63,296 bases of DNA, filler included, from Octopus bimaculoides (GCF_001194135.2; 3 parts of 3 records of this genome joined end to end with filler, not necessarily neighbours in it); one strand, 5' to 3'; shown: positions 13,870 to 27,971, counted from the first letter of the whole stretch. Notes: a model not told the origin generated them from the letters alone. Numbers and translations are program-made.

Positions 13870-14330
13870 AAAGAGCAAAGAAGTTGTATGACCAAATCCT
13901 AGAAATAAGACTGCAAAATCCTGTTGGATGCAATGATTCGGTGTAACCATCAGATCAGACGTCAGGAAGTTGACATGGTTGTGGGAAACAAAGAGGAAGA
14001 AGAAAAAATTGAACAACTACGACGGTTTGGGATATACGAAAGTTCTGGGTAATGAAAAGTGTGGACGTGATACCAGTAGTAAATGGCGCCCTTGGCAGTA
14101 TCAGCACTCAACTACCAACATGGCTCAAAAAGATTGCTACAAATATAAAGATAGAACACCCACAAAAATTAGCACTGCTTGCAGCTGTAAGGGTTCTCCG
14201 CAGAGTTCTTGAAGCATGATCAGTAAACTAATGTCATCAGAGTCTACAGGCAGTGAAGAGCCGACACCTTCCATTATACCCAGCAAAATAAGCTGAGAGT
14301 TTTCATCAAATAATAGGACTATTATATGAT
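13870..14330 (+). mobile_element. Second R4/Dong-like 3' end fragment
   Basis: DFAV.L.DA, DVIPVVNGALG-type restriction-like endonuclease C-terminal motifs. Confidence 0.55.
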
Positions 14331-14489
14331 GTAAACTCTCAGATGAAATTTTGAGGAAGCAAGCAAGTCGATTAAATCGGTCCCAGAACTCACTTGGTTC
14401 TTATTTTATCGACCCCAAAAAGGATGAAAGGCAAAGTTGACCGTGGTGGTATTTGAAGCTGGAACATAAAGAGCGAGAAGAAATGCCAG

Positions 14490-15320
14490 TAAGGAGTACG
14501 CGCCTGCCAGCACTCAAGCTGCCAAGCACCCTGCCTTAGTCTACGCTCCATCTAGGACTCCAGCTCAGTCAGGGGGGAGATCTGTGGATCTAACAATCGG
14601 TAATCGCACCTCTTTATCGTTAAAGAAATGTTGGATATGTCGCAGCCTCAGCGCGTGACTGCGCATCACTAGACATTGCATGATCAGTCCTCCACTCAGT
14701 GTGTGTTGACAGTGAATGAACTGTTTGACCAATAGAACACATCCCCTCCACAGAAAGAGGAAACGCCAAAAGCTTCAATCTGATCAGCAATGAAGTGGAG
14801 CAAGGCACGAGAGACTGGTGATAGCATAAGCCAAGTAAGCATTGGCTAGCACCACCCAGCCTTTCATGGACAGTTTCCTCACAGCCCATTTCTGACTGAA
14901 ACTAACCACCCCGCAAGTCACGTCCTTGAGCAATTTAACCTGTACAGCAGTCCACTGCCCCACGATACTGTTGGACGGCATAGACCTGCTTCTCCAGGTG
15001 CCCAGCTGCAATCTCACCGACTTCTCCTGGTTAACTTTTGCTCCTGTCCCCGTCTCACAGTTCCCCAGTATAGTACTAATCACCTCTGATGTACTACATG
15101 TCCGACATTATATCGCTGACGTTACACGCATCTGCAGTCATGGATCTTTCATGCCAGAGTTCTGACGGGATGCCCCCAACCCACTTAGCCCCCAAATTCA
15201 GAGAAAGACAGTACGTACAGAAGTGAAGAGAGGAAGTATCCTTGACAGTCGAAGTGCTTGATACTAAACAGTACAGTACCGATAGGTGACCATTTAAAGT
15301 GACCACCAAGCAAATGACAC
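14490..15320 (-). mobile_element. Tx1/L1-clade LINE RT/post-RT fragment
   Basis: Minus strand: LNGHLSV, NQEKSVRLQLGTWRSRSMPSNSIVGQW, QKWAVRKLSMKGW, GGLIMQCLVMRSHALRLRH; frameshifted. Confidence 0.75.
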
Positions 15321-16039
15321 GGTAAATTGTAACGATCTAGCTTCTGAAGACGAGCCCGAATCCAATCGGGATGGAAGGATGAGAGAAAGACTAAAACGAG
15401 AGAGAAAAAGAAGATAATGCATTATCCCTCTACCCTTTAAAAGGTTATAAATAAAATTATCTTAGTTTTAGAAGAGTTGAGAGAAGAACGAAGACGCACG
15501 CACATTTGGATAGATACCTTACATATTTTTATATTTCTGTAACTTTGTATAATTTATAACCCTACTACCATTGATATTTCATATCTATTTTAGAAATCTC
15601 ATATATATTTTATATTTTACATCATATACCAAATCGTATATTTTTGGAATATATATATATTTTGTATTCTAGGCCCCTATTATATTTTATATTTTATATT
15701 CTTATCATCCAATTTCCCTATATTGTAATTTACACTATTTTTTCTTACTGTTATAATTATCTCGATAAGTCAATCCATTATTATTAGGTAAAGGTATATA
15801 TGTTCACGGGAATGTTATGACAATATAGTCTTGTGGGAGATATGCAATGTGTATGTACATGTACATACGCAGACGAAAGTGGGCGCGCATTCGCGTATGT
15901 GTGTGATCATAAATGGGTGAATATATATGCATGTGTATACATGTATATCTAGATCTAGGGTCTGATGAAGCGCTTGTAGAGCTAAGCACTTTATGGACAT
16001 GAGACCCAAGGTAACCCCATAGAGCAGCCATATCAACAT

Positions 16040-16061
16040 CATCTCTCTCTTTCTCTTTCTC

Positions 16062-16134
<73 letters not shown>
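16040..16134. repeat. (CT)n(AT)n compound microsatellite
   Basis: Directly visible. Further (CA)n, (TA)n and (CT)n tracts at about 719-761, 1284-1331, 3171-3247, 5576-5660, 39760-39825 and 58849-58882. Confidence 0.95.
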
Positions 16135-16136
<2 letters not shown>

Positions 16137-16139
16137 TGG

Positions 16140-18260
16140 GTGCTTTCTCGTAAACGAGCAAAGTCATTAATGATGCTTTATTAGGCCCTTGTATGACTCT
16201 TGAGCCCGCGCAAATATTTTCACATTCTATTACATAATGCACTGGCTGACAGATGGAACAGATGCTACAGTATGATTTTTTTCTTGGGGTGGGGGATGTC
16301 TTTTTGAATCTTCCAACTGAAAGATACACCTTTCCACAGGTTGCACATGTTCTATTGAGAACAATATCGATATCACAATTTACAATGAGTTGATTCCTAT
16401 GAGTTCTCTGATGGCTGACCAGGCCTAGTTGACTCGAGCATTTCTTCCCGTAAATCACGCACATAAAAAGAAACTCTCCCTCATTTTCCACAGGTTCATT
16501 CTTTCTAAGCCTTCTCTTGATCTTTTCGCGCTTCATTTTCTCCATTTCAGACTTCGAACAACCACTATGCCCTCTTTTCCTCCATCCATTTCGGTCTTGT
16601 GCCTCCCTCTACCAACCAAAAACTGAAACAATTCTATCAGAGCAATTCTGAGGCAGTCCTTGAAACTCATTTTGGGTTTATGTGCTGACCTCCTACAATC
16701 TTCAAGCACACCATACAAAAGTTGCTTAAGAAGTCTTTCATCATTCATTCTCACCTGATGACACCCCACCTCAAATGACTTAGCAGGATCATTGATTCTA
16801 CACTCCTACTACCACTTTACTCAAGTACTTCCACACCGCTGATGGACATTTTTCAATTTATCCCGAGAACTTTCCTAAGGTAATAGTGATAATATCTTTC
16901 CGAACGCCTTAAATGCCTATAATAAAAAAAAATACCAATGTCTCATTTCCATATAGTAACGATTGGAGAACACATGTTTTATAAGCCCTAACTTTAATTT
17001 GGGAAGATATACTCTGGCGTAACCAGAGACGCTTATCAAGTCTACCAAAGGCACTACTAGCCTTGCGGATTCTGTACCAAATTTCATCAAGTCCAGCAGT
17101 GCTCAAAGTATTTCATGATTAAATGAATTTAGTTACAACTTCTAACCTTTGTCCATACACAGTTATAGAAGGTTCTATCTAAAGTTTAGAAGGGGGCAAG
17201 TTGGTACATCAGAACAGTTTTCTTCAAGTTGATTGTAAGGCCCAATGTTGTAAGTGCTGCAGAAATCACATTCATCATGTGTTGCATATCTTCCTGAGAA
17301 TGTGCTAACAGGTTACAATCATCTGCATGCAAGAACTGTAATGTGAGAATGAGGTATTTTCATTTTGGCACAGCCTTTTGAGGCTGAAAATTTTTCTCTC
17401 TGTCCTATATCTTATATAGACCCCCTTCAGCGCAATCTTCGAAAGCTATTTCAAAGAGTATTGTAATATACAGACCAAACAAGGTAAGAGCAGGAATATT
17501 ACTCTCCTTTACACCATTTTCTACAGAACTTGGATCTGACAGGGTGCTTCCGACATTAACTTTCACTTCCATCTCGTTATGAAATTGTTTAAGCATTCTC
17601 AGAAATTTTCAGGGCAGCCTACCACTTTCAGAATCACCCAAAATGCAACTCTCTTTACAGAATCAAACGCTTTCATCAGATTAATAAAAATTTGATATAA
17701 GTCCATATTCTGTTCGATGCACTTCCCTTGAAACTGTCTAGCTGATAATATATACATATTCTTTTTCCACCGCTAAACCTACATTGTGATTCTGGTAGAA
17801 CCTCATTAGCAATGTATAGAAGCAATCTATCCAGCATTACTCTACAAAAGACCTTTTCAACCACAGCTAACAGAAATATACCACGAAAATTATCGCAAAC
17901 ATGCTTTCCACACTTTGATTTATAAAGTATCTGTATAATTGCATTCCTCTAAACTTGAGAAACGACTTCACTATGCCAATTCCTCTGAATCACATCTGTC
18001 AATATTATACGGAGATGTTCACCACCATGTTTGTATATCTCTGCATCTAATCCATCCATACCAGGGGTCTTTCCATTGTCCAATTTCCTGAACGCCTCTT
18101 TTGTTTCAGCCAGGTTTGAAAACCTCTGTTGAAAGATGTTTTGTCGGTCTTTCGGGTGCATTATTAAGAACGGAATGATCAACTTCAGTAGGTCGATTGA
18201 GCAACTCATCGAAATGCTCTTTCCATCTTCCAACAATATCTTTAGGATTTATCAATAATC
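16140..18260 (-). mobile_element. RTE-clade LINE (RT plus C-terminal C2H2-like fingers), decayed
   Basis: LDNGKTPGMDGLDAEIYKHGG, LPESQCRF, NGVKES..PALTLF, FLHADDCNLLAHSQEDMQ...LGLTINLKKT, RIRKASSAFGRL, LLYG.LE..R, KKCSSQLGLVSHQRTH. Confidence 0.88.
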
Positions 18261-18810
18261 CTCGCTACGAATTGAAACAGCTGTTGATGAAGTTAGACCA
18301 TAAACTTTTTCAAGAGAGAGAAAACAGTTTTGAATTGTCATTATTTGATGCTTCTTGGATTTCATCGCATCTATCGTTCTACCAATTTCCCTTCATCATA
18401 TTCAGTTTCCTCTATAGTGTTGCTTTTACTTCCTTAAGATATGTAGCTGTTGTACTCTTCGTTGAAAAGTCGTTGAAAAGTCAGAAGGTGTATCTTGTCG
18501 TGAATTGCTCGAAATACGAGTTAGAAAAACAACCGACAACTGATGAAGGGTCGTTCGTTATGTTGCTTGTCTTGTTTACCATTTGTTTGTTTTATTTTTT
18601 ATTGTTCGTAAAAAAAGTTCATATTCCATGTATTCGTATTTCGTATCTCATGTTTTCGCATTTTATGCTGTTTACGTTCTGTGAGTTCCTGGGTCCATAT
18701 ATGCATATGTATATACGTATATATGTAAGTATGTATATATATCTATGTATATATGCATATATATGTTATTTATATCATTATATGAGTGAATGCCACGCAT
18801 CCATTTCCAA

Positions 18811-18852
<42 letters not shown>

Positions 18853-19515
18853 NNNNNNNNNNNNNNNNNNNNNNNNNNNNNNNNNNNNNNNNNNNNNNNN
18901 NNNNNNNNNNNNNNNNNNNNNNNNNNNNNNNNNNNNNNNNNNNNNNNNNNNNNNNNNNNNNNNNNNNNNNNNNNNNNNNNNNNNNNNNNNNNNNNNNNNN
19001 NNNNNNNNNNNNNNNNNNNNNNNNNNNNNNNNNNNNNNNNNNNNNNNNNNNNNNNNNNNNNNNNNNNNNNNNNNNNNNNNNNNNNNNNNNNNNNNNNNNN
19101 NNNNNNNNNNNNNNNNNNNNNNNNNNNNNNNNNNNNNNNNNNNNNNNNNNNNNNNNNNNNNNNNNNNNNNNNNNNNNNNNNNNNNNNNNNNNNNNNNNNN
19201 NNNNNNNNNNNNNNNNNNNNNNNNNNNNNNNNNNNNNNNNNNNNNNNNNNNNNNNNNNNNNNNNNNNNNNNNNNNNNNNNNNNNNNNNNNNNNNNNNNNN
19301 NNNNNNNNNNNNNNNNNNNNNNNNNNNNNNNNNNNNNNNNNNNNNNNNNNNNNNNNNNNNNNNNNNNNNNNNNNNNNNNNNNNNNNNNNNNNNNNNNNNN
19401 NNNNNNNNNNNNNNNNNNNNNNNNNNNNNNNNNNNNNNNNNNNNNNNNNNNNNNNNNNNNNNNNNNNNNNNNNNNNNNNNNNNNNNNNNNNNNNNNNNNN
19501 NNNNNNNNNNNNNNN

Positions 19516-19552
<37 letters not shown>

Positions 19553-19559
19553 AAACTTT

Positions 19560-20210
19560 TCGACCAAAGATTGGTCCAGACTTTTTAAGTCAATTTTTGT
19601 GGTATCATGATCCATTCGAGTAGGGAGTTCTTGTTGAGTGACTTGTATCTAGGTGGCTTATCTGGTATTCCTCGAAGTAATTTGTCCAGATTCCGTTTAA
19701 AGGTGACGGGATCCTTTCCTCTATGATCAGTTTTGGGACAATGTTAAATAGGGCAGAGCCTGTTGAGAAAAAGAAATTGTGTCGCAGTGTACCTATATGT
19801 CGTGATCTTGAATTGGGCAGGAGACGTATGGCCCGTGGTCCTAGTCTTGGATGAATTTTGAAGTTAATGTTGAGCTCGTTTTGGCAATGCTGGCAGTATA
19901 TTCTCCACATCGTGCAAATGATATATCGCTCGCGGCGACGCTGGGGGGAGTAGAGTTTCAAGGCTTTAAGTCGGTACCAGTAATCGAGATCAGCCATGCC
20001 CTTAATTCATTTAGTGAATGCCCTCTGGGGTGATTCAATTTTCGAGATGTTTTGTTTTGTATGGGGAGACCACAGGGGGAAGCAGTATTCGAGTCGTGGC
20101 CGTAGAAAGGAGGAGAAAAGTGGAATGATGACACTTTGTTCTCTGGACCAGAAGGTTCTTAAGATTCAGGAGTTAAAGTTGTGCATTTGGATAATTTTAA
20201 TCAATCAATA
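19560..20210 (-). mobile_element. CR1/L2-group LINE 3' fragment
   Basis: ORF 19605-19997 reads LDYWYRLKALKLYSPQRRRERYII...GSALFNIVP, the typical post-RT C-terminus of CR1/L2-group elements. Confidence 0.75.
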
Positions 20211-22833
20211 ACCTGTATTCAGCTGAAGAAAATTACTGCTGGTGTTTTTGAGCAACTTCGGTGGTGTATATTTCGTTCGTTATTCGCCTGAACTGGTTTA
20301 CAAACTTTTATATACATGTCACTAAGAGTGTGTCTGAAGCACGTTTACTTCATGACCTCTCAGACATACACCAACATCCCACCACCACCACCAACACCAT
20401 AATCGTTAATGCGTTTTTACTTTTTTAGCTTTTTGGAAATTGCTTTTTTTTGTGTGTTTTTCAACTACTATTTTCAGTCTATATTCTATAATTTGTTTGT
20501 TTTCTTTCTAACCTGTTAAACTAAAAAAAAAATGAAGCACACACTTAAGAGAAAGCTTTATACACAAAGCGCACATATTGTTTAGATAATAAATTACGCT
20601 TAAAAAGTACTAGTTGTTAACATTAAATGCAGGGAGTAGCTAACTAGAAAAACTATTTGATTCTTGTACATTTCCTAAATGATTCTTTCATCGTCACACC
20701 AAAAGATATGAAATAAGTTTTTCTTGATTATTGGGATCAATTAAATCAAATACAACCCCACTTCCCATGAAAAAGAAATTTTTTGTGATTTTCTACCGGT
20801 TAGAAATCATTATTTATATGATTTTCATTTTACAACCCCTGGTTATCTGAAATTTTGTATTATTTGACAAATTTTGAATTATTTAAGTTTGTGAATGACA
20901 TATCTTTCATTAGATAGAATGCTAAACTCTCAATGGTAAATGTTACATCTTCTTTAAAAAAAATGCAATCAATAGATTTGTTGTACCTTCTTGGAAATAT
21001 TGCTGTACCACTCAAAAAAATCAAAGCGCCAAAATTTCACCTGGTTTGTAAAGTAGGCTAGCATATTTGATGTAGTTTACCAAGAAATTCTGATTAAGAG
21101 TACAGAAAAATGGTAATTTATATGGCTAGCTGCCTTCACAATAAATAAATATATAAAAACAGTGAGTGAGTTTGTTCTTCAATAGTTGGGTTATAACTGT
21201 GGGCAAGCTCTAGAATTATTAGACTTCATCAGTAAATCATAGCATTAACTTGTTTCCTATATCTTACCAACTCAGTTTTTTGTACTCTTCACATGCTTCT
21301 ATAGATGTAAATACTACAAAGCCAAAAATATAAACATTTGAAAATAATGTCTTTACATTTTCAAAGTATTAAGTATAAAATATAATAGATGATAAAGTAA
21401 CTCAATATTTCACATAGCTTATTTCAGATATTTTGAAGTGAAATGATTAATAAACAGATATTCTTCCCATCTCTTTGATAGAATACTGTTACTAACAAGT
21501 AGTAATTTTACTTAGAATTGTAAGACCTTGAAAATTGTGCTGTTGTTGAACAAAGCTTGATTGAAAGGAAATGTGATTAAAAGCTTTCCAACCACAATCA
21601 TCCTATTTTATTTTCTAGGTTCTGTGTACTCAGTAGAACATTTTCTAAATGATGATAGAGTTTGATTTGAGGAAAATTTGGCTGCTATTTCTAGGAAGTG
21701 AAGCAACTGTTTGGAAGCCCTTTATTTCAACTATTTTGTTGGCTTGATTCCCTTATCAACTATTATCCAATTAAGTCAACTGAAACAAGTAGCATTGTGT
21801 ACCTTATCCCCAAATAATAGAGTATCAACCATTTAATATGGAATTTTGGCAATGAGTGTACTAAAGATTAAAAAACAACAAAAAAACATCACTTATTAGT
21901 CAAATGGTGCTTAGTTTCAGTTTTAGTCTATGAAGTGGATGAGGGTTAGGGTTAGAGCTTCCTCAAGGTAATACACCAGTAATTTTACAAGTAAATTCCT
22001 AAGTGATTTGAAAGGCCAATATAGAATAAATGTTCTATGTTGAAATGCAAAGGCATATTTAAATTCAATTTTCTCAGATTGAGACGGCAATTTTTTTTTT
22101 TTTTAGAATATGAATAAAACAAAAACATACAGTGAAAATCTGGATTAAAGTAATGCCGCACTGAATATTTTAGCCGTGCAATTTTCTGTGCTGTGTTACC
22201 ATGTTGAGTATCTACTAGATGACGACTAGTAGATAATCAACACTTTTTGTTATCAAGAGGTATTAGCAAACTGGTAATTGCATTGAGTGTATAAATTCAA
22301 GCATATTGGCATTGGATAATAAACCTCTCTATTATAGGCACAAGGCCTGGTTTTTGAGGGGAGGAGTAAGTCAGTTATATTAACTCCAGTGCACAACTGG
22401 TATATAATTCATCCATCCCAAAAGGATGAAAGGCACTTGGTGGAATTTGAACTCACAACATAATGATGGATGATATGCCACTAAGCATTTTGCCTGGTTC
22501 AGTAACAATTCTGACACCCCTAATAACAAGTGCAGACAATATTCATAAGAGTATTAAAATTTGGATTTATACCTTTGTTTCCTAAGACAACAGTGCCCAT
22601 ATACCTTCTATGTGAGAAAACTTACTTTACTGAGGCCATGAAGCCTTGCAAAAAGAAAAGACAAACCCAAAAGAGTTCTGATAAGAAAAATAATGACCTT
22701 CATTCTCTTAAGACACTGAAAGAAAAAAAGAAAAAAAAGGCATGGATAGTTGCCCTGTGTGAACATAAATTTTTTCACAAATTATAGTGTGGCTTACAAT
22801 GCATTGTTTACCCATGCTCTTTAACTGAACTGA

Positions 22834-22932
<99 letters not shown>
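22834..22932. repeat. (ATT)n microsatellite
   Basis: About 33 uninterrupted units. Confidence 0.95.
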
Positions 22933-22999
22933 TTGTTAAAATATCACCATTATAGTATTTATAAACCGGTGAAATCAAGAAATCAACAACTAAATAAAC

Positions 23000-23672
23000 G
23001 AAACACCATTTTGAAGTGTCATCTTCCCTTCTTTTATGCAACAAGAACAACCCGTTTCTCGACCGGATTGTGATTTGTGATGAAAAGTGGATTCTTTACA
23101 ACAACTGGCAATGCTCAGCTCAGTGGTTGGACGCCAACGAAGCTCCACAGGTCATGGTGTCTGTTTGGTGGTCTGCGGCTGGTCTCATTCATCACAGATT
23201 TTTGGATCCAGGCGAAACCACTACGGTGGAGAAGTACTGTCAGCAGATGGATGGAATGCATAAGAAACTCTGACAACAGCCAGCATTGGTCAATAGAAAA
23301 GGACCAATTCTTCTCCATGACAATGCTCAGCCACATCTCGCACAACTGACCCTGCAGAAGTTGAACGAATTGGGCTACGAAACTCTGCCTCATCTACCAC
23401 ACTCACCAGACCTCTCACCTACCGACTACCACTTTTTCAAGCATCTCGACAACTTCCTGTGTGAGAAATGCTCCAAAAGCCAAGACGATGCCAAATACAC
23501 CTTCGACAACTTCATAGTCACCAGAACGCAGGATTTTTACGCTACTGGCATAAATAAACTTGTTTCGCACTGATAGTGTTTATTTCGATTAATAAAGTTT
23601 TGTTTGAGCTGAGATATGTACATCTGAATCTAAAGGTTAAAAAACCACAAGAACTTTCTTGACAACTTAATG
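23000..23672 (+). mobile_element. Mariner (Hsmar1/cecropia-like, DD34D) transposase 3' half with 3' TIR
   Basis: FLDRIVICDEKW, LLHDNAQPH, HLPHSPDLSPTDYHFFKHLDNFL; ends in aaaaccacaagaactttcttgacaacttaat (TIR-like); internal stop and deletion. Confidence 0.9.
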
Positions 23673-24278
23673 GCAAAAGCTTAAACATTTAGATTTTCTA
23701 TGTTTTATCATAAGTGAGGTCACCAGCATGCTATGAATTCTCCATTTAATTTATTATTGCCATCAAAGCCTCACTTCTTTCCTCTAGCTCAAAACCATAT
23801 CCTTGTGTTACCAAGGTTTAAACTCATCCCCCTGTGATATGTTAGTCTATTATTTAATACCATAACAATCTTACAGCAGCTGTGTGAGGACTGAGTTAAT
23901 ATACTAATAGCATTGTCTAATAACAATGAATGAGATAAGTGTCTCATTCCACCCATATATATATGTATGTATATTCCCGAGCGTCATACTAATATATACT
24001 TTTGTTATTTACACCACCTGTCCTCGTCTGTTGTTATTATTTGTATATTCTCCCATATATATATATATATATATTGGTGCAGGTGTGGATGTGTGGTAAG
24101 AAGCTAGCTTTCCAACAATATGGTTTCTGGGTTCAGTCCCACTCTGTGGCACCTTGGGCAAGTGTCTTATACTATGGCCTCGGGCCGACCAAAGCCTGGT
24201 GAGTGCATTTGGCAGAAGGAAACTGAAAGAAACCCATTATATGTAAGTTTGCAGATATATATATATATATACACACAC

Positions 24279-24333
<55 letters not shown>

Positions 24334-24433
24334 NNNNNNNNNNNNNNNNNNNNNNNNNNNNNNNNNNNNNNNNNNNNTTAATTAATTAANNNNNNNNNNN
24401 NNNNNNNNNNNNNNNNNNNNNNNNNNNNNNNNN
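24334..24433. other. Assembly spacer 44N-TTAATTAATTAA-44N (100 bp)
   Basis: An identical construct occurs at 54764-54863. The 12-mer gives stop codons in all frames and is a synthetic linker. Confidence 0.9.
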
Positions 24434-25190
24434 ATTTTAATGATTAATATAATAACTGGGGAGAGACGGCCGAGCCATCATATCTCATCCAATTCTTATA
24501 GTTCTCATAAATAACCCCCAGCTGTTCCCACCGCTAGTTCCTATTCCTCGAAATCTATATAGTCCGAAGTATATTTGTAGAGGATTTCATTAAAAAATAT
24601 CCATTTTCTTGAAAGTTAAGACGAATTGAAGTGAACTCCGGTGAATTTTCTGAAATTCCCCACCCGACCCCTTCCTAAAACACTTTTCCCTTAAAATTTT
24701 GTATATTCGGAATCTACATGATATAACACATATTCGTAGAAAATTTCATTAAAAAATATCCATTTTTCTGAAAGTTATGATCACCTAAAGTCGTCGGGGG
24801 AGGCAGAAATCTGTAGTTATGCCCAGTAATATTCCAAGATTTCATGAAACACGTTTGATATTCTTTTTAAGGTTTTTTTTTATGTGGGTCAACGATTCAA
24901 TTAATTTTTTTTTTATCCAAATAACAACATCCATACTCAAAGGGCGATGGATGTTCATCAAGAAGAAAGGTGACATTCTGGAGTTACCCCTTTACTTGTT
25001 TCAGTCACTTGACTGCGACTGTGCTGGGGCACCGCCTTGAAAGGCTTTAGTCGAACGAAACGACCCCTTATTTTTGAAGCTTAGTACTTATTCTATTGTT
25101 GTTGTTTTTTTTGCCGAACCGCTAAGTTATGAGGATGAAAACACTGCAACATTAGTCAAATAAAGGGTTGGGATCGAAATTCCACCAGAA

Positions 25191-25232
25191 CACATGATGA
25201 AGGCTGGAGAGTATATCAGCCGAAATGTTGTG
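25191..25232 (+). ncRNA. Degenerate minimal hammerhead-like motif
   Basis: CAC-ATGATGA-A-GGCTG-GAGAGTATAT-CAGCC-GAAAT-GTT-GTG: perfect helix II, but core C3 replaced by A and helix III C replaced by T. Confidence 0.4.
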
Positions 25233-26718
25233 ATAACAACAAACACCTATCTCTCCATTGCGCATAATGCACAGCAACAGCGGTTATATGCGGTGACGGA
25301 GTGTCAAACACAAAGACACACACATAGATACATACATACATATATAGGCCGACTTCGGAGTTAGGAAGCACCATCAAGTTGGAATTTCTCCGTTTTGACG
25401 GAGATTTTTCAGATTTCTTTTCACAGTGCCCTTGGAAATGATCTGGAGTATCTGTTTTACAAAAACCTTATCTTCCCTTCTCTGGAGCGATTGTGGTCGA
25501 TTTTGTGGGCATAACTACAGATTTCTGCCCCACCGACTTTGGATGATCATAACTTTCAGAACGATGGATATTTTTTAATGAAATTTTCTACGAATATGTG
25601 TTATATCATGTAGATTCCGAATATATAAACGTTTTTGCGGGGACACACTCATGAACGAAGTACCATGAAGTTTTTATTCGGTCTGAATGAAGAACACAAA
25701 CATTATTGAATATCGTGTTTGCTTCTATCAAGACCGTTTACCTTTAAAACGAAAAAGAAAAACCGACGTATACGACAGGTATGTAAAACAAATTTCGGTG
25801 TATTTTCTCTGTTCATTCGTACGAACACACACAAACACACAAGCCGTCCATTTTCACTTTTAGACAGCGGGATGGGGTGGCAAGGGGTGTATGAATCAAT
25901 TTTGGAGTTTCCTCCTAGAAAATCTGAAATTAATTATTTTCTTTTTTCTATATTCTTAAACTCCATATTTTTCCATGTAAATTGAAAAAAAAAATTCGAA
26001 AAAAGTTAAAATTTAAAAATTTGGGGTGTGGCTGTGGGAACTGAAAATTTTGAAAGAAGCAAAATTCCTTCAATAAAAACAGCTCTTTAAAACCAATTTG
26101 GTTGTAAGAAAATTGGAAGTTTGACCTTCAATATAAAACCTAATGATACAACAGAAAGTCTGCATTAAAAAGTCCATCAATTGGAATGTCGAAGTATTTG
26201 TTAAAGGCTCTTTCTAGTCATTGCTGTTCATCTGGGGCTGCCAGATAATTATAAAGTTAGACAAATAATTAATTACAAGGACAATATGATAAAATTTCCT
26301 GCAGATGCATCTTATTTAATTTATGCTGATAGAAACGAAACCTGGATTAAATTTGATTATGAAAAATCTCAGCATCAGTTGAACAGATGGCTTTTAAATA
26401 TCCTTTGCTAAGTTTAACATGTTAATGTTATCAGTGGGTCATCACTATTAACTTCTCCATCTCCTGCAGGGCTGCCAGTCGACCATGTGATCTGAAGTAA
26501 TGTTTGTAACAGGTCAACATCATTAACTAACTATTACCGCTGCTAATATTCAATCTCCTACACTTCCCATATTACCTTCTAAATCATGCTAATCCTCACA
26601 ACTTAATGAGTTGTATGGCATCACCATGCAGAAGCTGCAGAATTCTAAAGAGAATTCTGAAGCCACAAAGGCATGATTAATAGCACAATTTATTTTTTAT
26701 GTGGTTAGAGTAATGTTA

Positions 26719-27971
26719 CTAGGGGAAGTCAAAAATTATCTACACTTTTGCTAAGACTTTCTTTAGACTGGCTGCAGTGCCTTCAGCACCCATGTGCTAA
26801 AAGTTAGTACTCTTCTGGTTATATAACCTTGAACTCTCCTGTTTTCTTTCTTGTGTTACAGAGTAAACATAGCCATTGTGCTGGCAGTGTGTACCAAGGA
26901 AGAACAGAGATCAGTGGTCCGATTTCTCAGAGAAATCAGACCATTGATCACATGCTTTCAGTACAATACGAGAACACCACTCTATCGTGTAGAAATGTTT
27001 ATGAGTGGATTGAGAAGTTTAAAATGATGAGCAATAGTTAATCACAAAGAGGGAGTAGGATGCTAATCAACCGCCACCACTGACATGAAGACTCAGTAAT
27101 CTTGAGAGATGGTTCTGGTGAACAGATGAGTGACCATCAATGAAGTGGCATGTCCTCTGCAAATTAGACATGGTCCTGCATACAAAAATCTACAACAAGC
27201 TTCATTTCTGTAAAGTCTGTGCAAGATGGGTGCCAAGAGAGCTTACCAAAGTGCATAAGCACAGTCATATGGAGATCTGTCACTGCTTACTTGATCGCTG
27301 TAGTGATGAAGGCGGAGTGTTTTTTGTAAAGAATAGTCAGTCAGAGCCAGAATCTAAAAGGCAGAGCATGGAGTGGAAACACCAGAGATCACCAGTGAAA
27401 AAGAAATTCAAGACTCAACCTTCTGCAGAATGTGATGCTAACAGTTTTTGGGGGCGCAAAAGGGCCATATACTGGAAGATTATATGGGGAAAGGGGTCTC
27501 TTGTCAGCAGTGTAGGCTACAGTGAAATGCTGGCCAACAAACTGAAACCAGCAATTTGCACCAAACATCAAGGTCTATTGTCATATCAAGTGTTAATGTT
27601 ACATGACAGTGCACACCTACATATGTCCCCCCCACACTGTTGAAACTATTGAAAAATTGGGTTTCAAGTTGCTGGAACACCCTCCATACAGTCCAGACCT
27701 TGCCCTTTCTGACTGTCACCTTTTAGAACTGCTCAAACATCCTTAGAGAGGTTATCGAATTGCTACAGACAAAGTGCGGGAAGTGGTGCATAAATAGCTG
27801 TGCGACCAGCGGTAAACCTCTATTGAAGTAAGCCAGCTGGTGGGCCACTGGAAGAAATGCATGAAAGAGTAAGGAGACTATATCGAAAAATGATGTAATT
27901 GTTCAAACCCTGCTTTTGTTTTAATAAATTACAGAAAGAAAAGTGCATATAATTTTTGACTTACCCTCATA
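26719..27971 (+). mobile_element. Mariner (irritans-like) element with both TIRs, decayed transposase
   Basis: TIRs ggggaagtcaaaaattatctacacttt / aaagtgcatataatttttgacttaccctc; KVCARWVPRELT, SMEWKH.RSP.KKKFKTQPSA, LHDSA, EHPPYSPDLA; about 1.25 kb. Confidence 0.88.

Noticed and set aside
16039-16545. C2H2 zinc-finger-like ORF as a host gene
   Set aside because: It is the C-terminus of the decayed RTE ORF and runs into a microsatellite
21040-21125. Possible SPATA17 exon 1 (SIFDVVYQEILIKSTEK, TG|gtaatt)
   Set aside because: An in-frame TAG precedes it with no ATG, the acceptor is weak, and it lies across an unsized join
24378-24389. TTAATTAATTAA as a piggyBac target or regulatory palindrome
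   Set aside because: It is centred in exactly 44 N on each side at two places, so it is a synthetic scaffold linker
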